From contig CAVRER010000080.1 of NCBI GenBank assembly GCA_963720085.1, forward strand, positions 94,428 through 158,427: DNA of 64,000 bases. The letters are read 5' to 3'. Under the pieces are notes generated by a model. That model did no database searches and was not told where the DNA came from. It saw only the letters and a program-made list of their open reading frames with translations. Position numbers and translations under genes: made by a program. Origin of the DNA: an uncultured Actinomycetota bacterium. GTDB lineage: Bacteria; Actinomycetota; Actinomycetes; Mycobacteriales; Mycobacteriaceae. The first letter of the stretch is position 1. Each line of letters begins with the position of its first letter. Of the stretch, positions 53,657 to 62,053 are shown piece by piece.

Positions 53657-53983
53657 TCACCCTGGCCCATGCGTCGAGCCTCCGCGCTCAGACCCTCCAG
53701 CTCGATCATCCGACATTCCTCCGCCCGCTACCAATTCCGGCGTAGCAGGGACCGGCTGCACCGGCGCGGTGAAGATCACCTCAAACGACGCCCTCTTGGC
53801 TTTGTCCTCTGTCCGGGTCGACACCGCCGCCACCCACTGCAGCAGCCCCGTCTGTGGATCGGTGATCTGCACGTTCGGACGCTCGAACTCCATATGGGGA
53901 CCAATCGGTCCCAGCAACATCAGCCCCCTCGGAAACACGTCTGCGTGCTCCACCGGGAACCTGTAACCCCGCTTGATCGCCAT
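53657..53983 (-). pseudogene. pra: Pra-like 'plasmid replication, integration and excision activator' with a C-terminal frameshift (~53735)
   Basis: MAIKRGYRFPVEHADVFPRGLMLLGPIGPHMEFERPNVQITDPQTGLLQWVAAVSTRTEDKAKRASFEVIFTAPVQPVP... matches the N-terminal pattern of this AICE protein family, from memory. The expected ...MIELEGLSAE... continuation is in another frame. Confidence 0.6.
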
Positions 53984-54016
53984 GTCCGTTGTCCTTTCAC
54001 TCGTGACTCCCTCGTA

Positions 54017-54192
54017 ACTCCTCTAGACAAGGAGTAACATACATAGTCGTCTAGAGGAGTGCAAGGGTCAATCAAAGGTTTTTCGAACGGGCGTCAGCAC
54101 GCCGAGAAATGCCATTCCAGCAGGTGGGCCTCCACCTGATCGATGGTGCCAGCGACAGGTGTGGCATTCTTTTCTAGGCTAGTCGTCTAGAG
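54017..54192. promoter_or_regulatory. Three GTCTAGAG/CTCTAGAC motifs in the pra-korSA divergent intergenic region (candidate KorSA/GntR operators)
   Basis: A perfect 12-bp inverted repeat actcctctagac (54017-54028) / gtctagaggagt (54049-60). The 13-nt direct repeat tagtcgtctagag occurs at 54044-54056 and 54180-54192, the latter just upstream of the korSA start. The core resembles the GntR-family GT-N-TA-N-AC type palindrome. Confidence 0.5.
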
Positions 54193-54205
54193 ATGCGAGG
54201 GAGGG

Positions 54206-54529
54206 TTGACAGTGCTGCACCTTGGTCAGATCGACCGTGGGGACGATCGTGCGGCATATCGGCAGATCGCGGACGTGTTGCGGGACGCGATTAAGTCCGA
54301 TCGATTGTCCTCCGGGAAGCGACTTCCGTCCGAGACGGAGTTGATCGAGCATTTCGGTGTGGCCCGCATGACGGTCAGGCAGGCCGTGCAAGAGCTCCGC
54401 AGCGAGGGACTTGTGCACTCGGAACACGGCCGCGGAGTGTTCGTCCGGCCAAATCCGCGGTATGTACCCGGAGGGGCCGAAATCCAAGTCGGCGTAACTA
54501 CATTCGTAGGACGAGTCACACCGAAATAG
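54206..54529 (+). CDS. korSA: GntR-family winged-HTH regulator (KorSA-like), effector domain missing or frameshifted
   Basis: ...AAYRQIADVLRDAIKSDRLSSGKRLPSETELIEHFGVARMTVRQAVQELRSEGLVHSEHGRGVFV. Only ~107 aa. An open frame downstream (EIARLIAYDHGWRLFGDQIIDQDEVVVADTLEELARKALALGWFDPTGAGINWHHFGGD, to ~54702) may be a displaced C-terminus or a separate small gene. Confidence 0.7.
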   Translation: MTVLHLGQIDRGDDRAAYRQIADVLRDAIKSDRLSSGKRLPSETELIEHFGVARMTVRQAVQELRSEGLVHSEHGRGVFVRPNPRYVPGGAEIQVGVTTFVGRVTPK

Positions 54530-55491
54530 CTCGCCTCATCGCCTACGACCATGGGTGGAGACTGTTCGGGGATCAGATCATCGATCAAGACGAAGTGGTC
54601 GTCGCTGACACGCTCGAAGAACTCGCCCGTAAAGCACTCGCGCTGGGCTGGTTTGACCCCACCGGAGCCGGCATAAACTGGCACCACTTCGGCGGGGACT
54701 AAGGACACCAACGCCGACACCATCCGCAATTCCACGCCTAGACGCCCCCCAGGTCCCCGACTATCGCTCCTTATCGCCCCACGCCGCGTGCGTCGGGCGC
54801 CGCGTGCGTCTGGCGAGGCAGACACATCCACACGAACAAGCCCCTGTACCAGACGCTGCGCCGCGACTTCGAACCTCCGCGCCGCACACAGAAGCGCGCC
54901 ACCAACAGGTGGCTACTGCTCGGGCCCGTTGAAGGGCATCTGCCGAATTCCGCTCTATTGGATCAAGGCGGCGCGCAAGCGCGCCGCGCCGCGCCGCGAT
55001 GCCCGGCCCTCCGGCTCGTCCCTCGCGGGGCCGGGCGGCCCGGCAATCCATCGCAGGATCGCGCCGACGAACATCCCTGGGCGGCATTCACGCGAACCGA
55101 CACAGACCGAACGCCACAGCTCGTTGCTGGCTGCCGTATTCACGATCGAACGTCGCGTCCGAGCTAGCCCGCATGCGTCGGCGTGTGAATGGCCCCGGTC
55201 GGCCAGGTCGCACGGGAACTTTGTTACGGCGCAGGTACCATCTCCGCATCAACGAATCCCTACCAGCAGCCGAGGGCACCGTCGCCACTCTTCATCGGCG
55301 CAATTATCTGACTTCCCGATCGGACGAGTAAAGGGCGCCTTCGGCGTCACTACGTGATGGTTTGCCACCCTTGACAGGCCCTCTCGTCAGCACAGGATCG
55401 CCAGTGTGAAGAAGGGGGAGCGCGAGAACAAACATGCCGGCGGTCGTAACACTGACTACGCCAGCGGCGCCCCCCAGCACCGGAATTACTG

Positions 55492-56234
55492 CTATCGAGA
55501 CTTGGAGAAGATCAGACGAGGCCGCGGATGTACGTGACCCGACCAGCGACGGCCCGCCGTGAGGTTCTGGGTCCTCGACACCTCGGGCATCGGCTCGCCC
55601 TGGACTGCCCTCACCCTGCCCCGAGGAGATGAGACAGGCTGCGTCATAGAGGCGTTCGCGTACAAGCCGCTGGAACAGTATCGAGTAGCGATCAGTGTAG
55701 GAGGAACGATCGAAGGCTGGATCCGTGGGATAGAGGTCTCGTGCCCTGGTCCCTTATAACGCTCGTGGAGCCTGGTGCGTGCTCGATGACGAAGACGAAG
55801 CCCAGCCACGGGCCCGCACAGATCCCACGTAACCGGCCTCGTAGGCGCGCCACAGATCGACCGCGTTGCCGATGGCTTCCTCAGTGCGGTTGTTGAAGTT
55901 GTTACCGAACGATCCGACTTGCGACTTGCACTCAATCGCGGCGACAAGCGTGTTCTCAAAGGTAACGACGATGTCCCAGTTTTTCGCGCGCCGGTAGAAG
56001 CCGGGGAGGGGGATGGTGCCGGTGCGCCGGATGACTGCACCCACTTCAACTAGGGGCGCGAACTGGTTCGCAATCACATCTTGAAGTGGGGTGCTTTACG
56101 TGTTGACCTCCAGTGACGGATCCGCGAGTCCCTGCGTCTATTTTCCCGGAGTCGACTTGCTTCTGGGTCTGGAGGTCGCGGCCTGTCCAGAACGCGTGGA
56201 TGGCGGCGTTGTAGTCGTCGAAGGTCGTGGTCAT
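55492..56234 (-). pseudogene. Type II restriction endonuclease, XhoI/PaeR7I-like (tentative), with at least 2 frameshifts
   Basis: MTTTFDDYNAAIHAFWTGRDLQTQKQVDSGKIDAGTRGSVTGGQHV / [84 protein letters not shown] / C-terminal remainder in a third frame. The [17 protein letters not shown] signature is what I recall for the XhoI endonuclease family (PF04555). Confidence 0.5.
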
Positions 56235-56273
56235 TCCGGCATGCTCCCATTCATCGGGCGGGGGAGATGCGAA

Positions 56274-57942
56274 TCAAGTCCGTGTCGTGAGCTCGTACTC
56301 CGCCGGGTCAACGCCGTACGCGATGGCCGCAGCGCGGGTGGCTGCGTCCACGTCGCGGTTTCGGAAGGCCGTGCGCAGGGACTCCGCAACCGGCGAGTCG
56401 ACGGAGTCGGGGCGCGGGACCCTAATCTGCTTCAGGTACTGCGCCTGGAAGCGGAGGGTCCCGCCGCGCATGCGCACGCAGTACGCCTCGATAAACGCCT
56501 GGGCGACCCGCGCGAGCAGCAGGCCACCGAGGACTTCCATGTCCCAGGTGTCGGACACCACGTAGTAGAGGTTGTGGTGCGGATAGTAGCCGCCGGGTTC
56601 CAACACGGGGTGAATATGGGCCTTCATGTCTTGGAGTAACAATTTGGGCTTGGCCGTGAGGTCTGCGTTCACTTTGTCGATGGTCCGATGCCAGGATTTA
56701 GGGTCCCTTTTCGCAACGAACCGCTCGCGCAAGGCGGGATGCTGTGACAGATACGCGGCCATTCGCGGGTAATCATCAAGTGCCACAAGGGAACCGTCGT
56801 CGGCCCACGGGTTCACCAAGTAGTTGCGTTGCCAATCGAATGTGCCCGTCATCAGGTCCCCTGCCATGGACAGCGGCAGGATGCGTTCGGCCTCCGCGAC
56901 GCTCGGGTCCTTCGTCACGTAGACCTGGTCGGCGCCAGTGGCGATGCCGATGGAGACCTTCGTGCCGGTTTTCGGATCATGCAGCGGGCCGAACCGGTCG
57001 TTCAGGTGCGCGATGAGGGCAAGCCGCGCTGGTGAGCCGGTAGGCCACATCTCACCGCCCTCGAACCAGTGGCGGAGCCGATAGGCCGCCACGCCGGTGT
57101 CGAAGAAGTCGGCGAAGTTCTCGTCTTGAGCGGCTTTTGCGAGAGGAAGCGCTGGACGGCCCGAAGTCGGCTGTCGTGTCGGCGACGACCACAACCCCCT
57201 GTGGTTCTTCGACAGCACCGTGATCGCCGGGTAGGCCGACACTTGGGTCTCGAACGCATCCACATCGTGCATGGTCCAGATGTGCTCGACGGCATAACGG
57301 CTGGCCACCAGCTCCCTTAACGGGGCACCGTATTGGTTGCGCATCCAGCGGTCTGCGCAGATGAAGCCGATCTTGCCGCCGGGCTTGAGAGTCCGTAGTG
57401 CACGCTCAATGATCCGACTAGATGTCACCCCGACCACGCATCGTCGGCCACGTTCGCCGGGTACTCCGCAGCGACCCCCTCGGGAAGGTCGTCATAACGG
57501 ATATACGGCGGGTTTCCGACGACAACATCAGCCGCCAGCTCTTCGAACTCACACAGCAGGTCGAGTCCGGACAGCAGGAAGTCGCCATGGCGCACCCACC
57601 GCGCCGCCAATTGAGCTGCGACCTTCTCAGCCGCACCCGCTTTCGTAGCAGGCCACGACAAAGCGCACGAGATACCTTGACATGCCCGGCCTGCAGGTCG
57701 TATGCCAGGACACTGTCGAACAGCGTCATGAAGTCACGGTCGCGGGCGGTCACGCTCGCCAGAAGGCGCTCGACGGCAGGTCCCAGAAATGCACCGGAAC
57801 CACACGAGGGCTCCAGCAGATGCAAGGCACCGAGGTCACGGTCGGCTGTGTATCCGGTGAGGTCGAGGAGCAGATCGACCACCCATCGGCGAGTGAACAC
57901 TTCACCGTAGTTCTGGGCCAAGTCGGCGGCGGGCAGGGTCAT
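56274..57942 (-). pseudogene. Gamma-class N6-adenine DNA methyltransferase (Eco57I/TaqI-like, M.PaeR7I-like size) with at least 3 frameshifts
   Basis: Motif I LLEPSCGSGAFLGPAVERLL (frame a); motif IV VVGNPPYIRYDDL (frame b); RRTWPTMRGRGDI (frame a again); then ...IIERALRTLKPGGKIGFICADRWMRNQYG and a ~380-aa TRD-like C-terminus (frame c). It sits 40 nt upstream of the endonuclease gene on the same strand. Confidence 0.7.
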
Positions 57943-58488
57943 GGATACCACTCTAGGAGTGAGCACCGACACCCGGCGTTGGTGACACCCGACGAGGCAT
58001 GAGCAGACAGTAACTCGTCTCAGAGCGGCGAAGCGGTAGCGAGAGGAGTGCGGCGTAGTCTGGCGCGGTTGGGGGAGTTCGGCTTGAAGAAATCGAGCTT
58101 GAAGCGCGTGAACCGTTCGAACTGAAAAGGCGCATGTTGATGGTCAGCCGGGACGAGGCCGACCGACTCCTGCTGACGTTGGCGCGCGAGCGTATCGACC
58201 CTGGACTGGACGCGGCGGCAGTGCAAGCCTGCCGAGCTGGAAGTTATAGCGCCGACACCCCGGGTTAAACCCAGGATTCCGTCGGGGTCGCCATCTACGC
58301 TTGTCCGGGAGCTTTTCGATTCTTGGCTTATAAGTATGGGACGTACTCTGTTACGCACGAGCCCTGTTGCGCGGCAGCGTCGTTGGCGTGTTTGGTAGCA
58401 ACGTTTGATCTGCCGCCGCACGCGGTTTCGTGGCCTGCGGAGAAAAACGGCCCAGAACCGCGTGCACGTGACGGGTGGGCGGGGCTTG

Positions 58489-59329
58489 TTACGTCTCTCG
58501 GGTTGTTGCAAAGCCATTGAGCGCATCACGAAGAATCTGTTTGATGGCGTGTAGGCCGTCTTTGATCAACTCTTCCGTTCGGAGAGTCTGGCCAGTCCAA
58601 CGCTCAGGGTCGCTACGCGAAAACGACATCACCCGAATGATCGTTTTGTCATGGGCCGTGGCCCGGTCGTGAAAATGATGCCACGACTCGCCTTCCATGT
58701 TCCCGCCGATTGGGTGTCCAGCGACGATGTTTCGGGCGACAATTGCGGCTTTACCGCCTTTACGGTCGGCTCGTAGTCGGACGCCGAGAACTTTTGCGGC
58801 GCTTTCGGCCCCATCGAACGCGACCTGAAGGGCCTGAAGGAGTCCGTACTTTGCGAGGTATGCCTCGTCGACGAAGTTAAGGGAACCGCGTCCGCATAGC
58901 CCTCAATCGCTCCGATGGCATCTTCCACCACCATGAGGGCTGCAACTAGCTCGTTCGGATGACCAGCCAACTGGTCGGATCATCGACTGCCGCGCGAATG
59001 TCATTGCAAAGGCTGAGAGCTTCTTGGGCATCGGTAGACCGCAGATACTGCTTCGCCAGGGAGAAGAGCCCGCGAAGGAGCACTCCAAGTGGCGTATCGG
59101 CCCAGATCCTGTCGGGTTCCAGGGAAGGGAACGCAGTATCGACGAACGCCCGGAGCGCCGTAGCCAGGGACGCGTCGTCGGAGGCATCCTTGACCGCAGA
59201 GACCGCGTCGCCTGTCAGTGCTGGCGGGGCTTCGCCGCTGCTAGGCCAGTAGTTCAGGATCGCCTTTGCAACATCCTTGGCCTTGTCACCTAGCTCCCTT
59301 GAGGTCAGCGCCACGAAGGCATGATGCAC
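58489..59329 (-). pseudogene. Hypothetical protein with a HEPN-like Rx4-6H motif, 2 frameshifts
   Basis: Three frames join to VHHAFVALTSRELGDKAKDVAKAILNYW...DIRAAVDDPTSWL / GHPNELVAALMVVEDAIGAIEGYADAVPL / FVDEAYLAKYGLLQALQVAFDGAESAAKVLGVRLRADRKGGKAAIVARNIVAGHPIGGNMEG...ILRDALNGFATTRET*. ARNIVAGH fits R-N-x4-H. The family assignment is speculative. Confidence 0.4.
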
Positions 59330-59675
59330 CCAAAGGTCGATTGTTCGCTCACCACAATTGACGAGGGATGCCGCTCAGAGCAGTGGTGAGGGCGCTAGTT
59401 CGCCCCGCACTGTACTGAAGCAGGGCGGCGATCGCGGCGCATCCATGGCGCGCATCAGGTTAACGTCACCGCATGCCCGATCGTTCCTAGCGACTTTTGT
59501 AGTCATCGTCTGGTGCGTCGCGGGACTGGCAGCGCTCTTATTCGGGTTACCGCTGTGGCTCAGGCCGTTACACGTACACGTTGACGCCGGCCTGATAGTC
59601 GATAAGCAACCTAGGCAAACATGAGAGACTGTTCACCCCGTGGTTTCATGATTGCTGGGCTTTTGAACGCGAACT

Positions 59676-61280
59676 TCAATACCGTGTTCGTAAAGTCTTC
59701 TTTGAAAGATGTCCTCGCTTCCTGGATTGCGCAACAGATGGGACTCTTTCCTGGCGAAAGACCTTCCGTAGTAGTTCAGCGCCTCCTACTAATGGGGTAA
59801 TGAATTTATCATCAGCTTGTATCGCTGCGACTGCATCCACGATAGGTTTAGGGGATAAATTCCGCAGGATACTTAGGCAAACAAGAAGCGTCTTTAGCCT
59901 TGTAGGAATTGAGGTTGCATCATAAACCGTTCCGTTTGGAAGGCGAACTTTGAAGCCATGAATTTGGTCGTTGAATACGTAGACGAACGGTCCCTCAGCG
60001 TTTGTTTCACCTGACGGAAAGGATCTGGCGATGCGCCACATCGTGAACGTATCACCTTCTCGTTCCACGTACGCCCCTGAGTGAAAGATAGTTTCCGCAT
60101 CAGAATTCTCGGCGAGATGCCAGACGCCTAACTCCAGCGGACTGAACTCGAAGTAAACGTGCTTAAGGGACACATGCGAGTTCTCGACTGGCGATGCATT
60201 TCGCACTGGAGCAAGTGTAGGTAGATCCTGAATAGCGACCGCCGTAGACCACATTGCGCTATCGATTGGGGCAGTCGTCAGGTACAAGGGTTCCTCCACC
60301 AAGATCGTCACTGCGTCGTCTCGTAGAAGATTCCGTGATTGCCCACTCTCTGAGTCGGTTATTTTAGTGAGACGCAGATCAGCGGAAAGAATGGGTGTGC
60401 TGAGGTGTATAACTTCTCGTGATACCTCGGTAGCGGATGCTTCATCCCACAGGTATAACGGCACGGGAATAGTCTGCGCGAGAGTGAGTTCGTCCGACCC
60501 CGGCGTTGCCTGGAGCGTCAGCGGAATCGAGAGCAGGCGACGGTACCAAGGATCTGAGGCAGGTCCCGGAAACAATGTTGCTCCGCTGACTTCATTACTA
60601 ATTTCAGAACGCACCCGCGATGATATTGGGATGGGGTTGCCCTGTCGAAAAGCTAACAGGTCACCCCCATCCACTTCTTTGTCGGAATAAACGAGCGACG
60701 CGAACTGATTCTTAATACGAAGGCTGTCTGCAATGCCGGAAGGAAGCTCAGACAAGTCGACAAGTTGACCATGTATTTGCGGGACGGCACCGGACGGTTC
60801 GAGTACATCAAGTACGACAAGGTAACCTAATTCCTCACCTGAGGGCCTAGGCACGTAAGCGTCGATGTTAGCGCTAAGATCTTCGTCCGAGTTGTATGGT
60901 CCAGATGGGCCAAGGATATGAGTAGTCGGAGTTCGATCCAGCGAATTGAGCGCAAACCATAGAGCCACATCGAGGTCTGTCGTCACATCAAGGAATGGCG
61001 ATCCAAGGCTGTACTGCTGCGCGATAAGCTCAGTCCATAGGACAAAGTCTTCGGGGCTATCATTTTGCACATCTCTTAGATCGTCCACAATCAATTTCGC
61101 AGCAACCTTCAAGAGCCGCTTTCTCGGATGTCGGGCTGCCGACGGCCTATATTCGCTCGGAAGTATTGACTCGTAAAGCCTGGCTTGGCCACGTAGTACT
61201 CGACGACACCCGGAGGCGACTGGAGGTAGCGCATCAAGGTAATCGCTAATCTCTTGTTTCGAATTAAGCTGGTTTGTCAT
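59676..61280 (-). CDS. FRG-domain protein, 534 aa, intact, in a low-GC (~45-50%) islet
   Basis: The N-terminus RRVLRGQARLYESILPSEYR...WTELIAQQYSLGSPFLDVTTDLDVALWFAL matches the FRG domain signature ((F/Y)RGQ...LxPSxxR...AQHYGLPTxLLDxTxxxxVALYFA). The remaining ~400 aa have no motif I recognise. The ORF is uninterrupted although all neighbouring cargo genes are broken. Confidence 0.8.
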   Translation of the reverse strand: MTNQLNSKQEISDYLDALPPVASGCRRVLRGQARLYESILPSEYRPSAARHPRKRLLKVAAKLIVDDLRDVQNDSPEDFVLWTELIAQQYSLGSPFLDVTTDLDVALWFALNSLDRTPTTHILGPSGPYNSDEDLSANIDAYVPRPSGEELGYLVVLDVLEPSGAVPQIHGQLVDLSELPSGIADSLRIKNQFASLVYSDKEVDGGDLLAFRQGNPIPISSRVRSEISNEVSGATLFPGPASDPWYRRLLSIPLTLQATPGSDELTLAQTIPVPLYLWDEASATEVSREVIHLSTPILSADLRLTKITDSESGQSRNLLRDDAVTILVEEPLYLTTAPIDSAMWSTAVAIQDLPTLAPVRNASPVENSHVSLKHVYFEFSPLELGVWHLAENSDAETIFHSGAYVEREGDTFTMWRIARSFPSGETNAEGPFVYVFNDQIHGFKVRLPNGTVYDATSIPTRLKTLLVCLSILRNLSPKPIVDAVAAIQADDKFITPLVGGAELLRKVFRQERVPSVAQSRKRGHLSKKTLRTRY

Positions 61281-61746
61281 CCATGATCATGACTGATTAT
61301 GGGCCTTATCTGTTTCCCGGCCCCCGTCTGTTCTGAAGCTCCACTGTGCGGACGACATTTCTTGACGACAGCCGACTAACCGTACACCCCAGTTACACCT
61401 CACTAGTCTTCCATCATGCTTGGTCACGCCATCCGCCCCCTGCCAACGGGCCGTAGGTTCATCTTCATCCGCCGTGCATCCGCCGCGCCCTTCATATTGC
61501 GTGCTCTGAACCCCGAAGATTGGTCCAGTTCGTCCAGCTTGCCCAGCACGAACGCCTCTCTCCCGACTTCGCCTCAGCCTGAAAAGCGGAGGGTCGCTCA
61601 TGGGATCCGCGGCCCGACATCTGGCCGTAGGCCAGCACTGTTACGTCGCGTAACACAGCAACGCATATCCGCAGGACATCGACATGTTGCGTGACACCGC
61701 TATCGAACATCCATCGCAGCTCACGGGCTATTTCTGCAGCTTCTCT

Positions 61747-61774
61747 ATGGGGTTCGAGTCCCCTTAGCTCCACC
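61747..61774 (+). other. Isolated tRNA/tmRNA 3'-end-like fragment (T-arm plus 3' acceptor strand); candidate att remnant
   Basis: atggggttcgagtccccttagctccacc: T-stem GGGG/CCCC, T-loop TTCGAGT, then TAGCTCCACC, which resembles the ...CAGCTCCACCA 3' end of tmRNA. There is no matching 5' acceptor strand (ggagcta) within 100 nt upstream, so it is not a complete gene. Confidence 0.45.
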
Positions 61775-62053
61775 TATATAACTGCAGGCGACCACGGCCT
61801 GGAGACCGCGAAGTTCCTCACCTGGGTCCAGGACCACGTATTGCGCTGCGGCCTCGCCGAACTCGCCACCGCCACGCCCACCCCAGGCCGTCTGCGATCC
61901 GCCGCCAACGCATACCGCACCGCGGTCGAAAACCTCACCACGGCAGCATAATTCGGGCAACAAAACATCAACCCCCACAACCCCAATCGAACGGCGAACC
62001 CGACCCACACCACTGACTTGACTCAAAAATCCGGCTTCGCCGGATCTAGCCAT

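Larger units (their letters stand above)
48896..54530. mobile_element. Degenerate pSAM2-type actinomycete integrative and conjugative element (AICE) core: int-xis-repSA-traSA-pra-korSA
   Basis: The gene order and content are typical of AICEs inserted at a tRNA 3' end. Every large gene is broken by multiple frameshifts. The right boundary given is only the end of korSA. No direct repeat of the tRNA-Val 3' end was found anywhere up to 64000. Confidence 0.75.

Noticed and set aside
58020-58529. 169-aa ORF upstream of the methyltransferase
   Set aside because: The N-terminal two-thirds is Arg-rich low-complexity sequence and no family is recognised. It is possibly another decayed cargo gene, but this is not supportable.
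61287-62013. Several 60-105-aa ORFs on both strands around the tmRNA-like fragment
   Set aside because: They are mutually overlapping, have no motifs and no starts with an RBS, and composition is heterogeneous. They are treated as non-coding or decayed.
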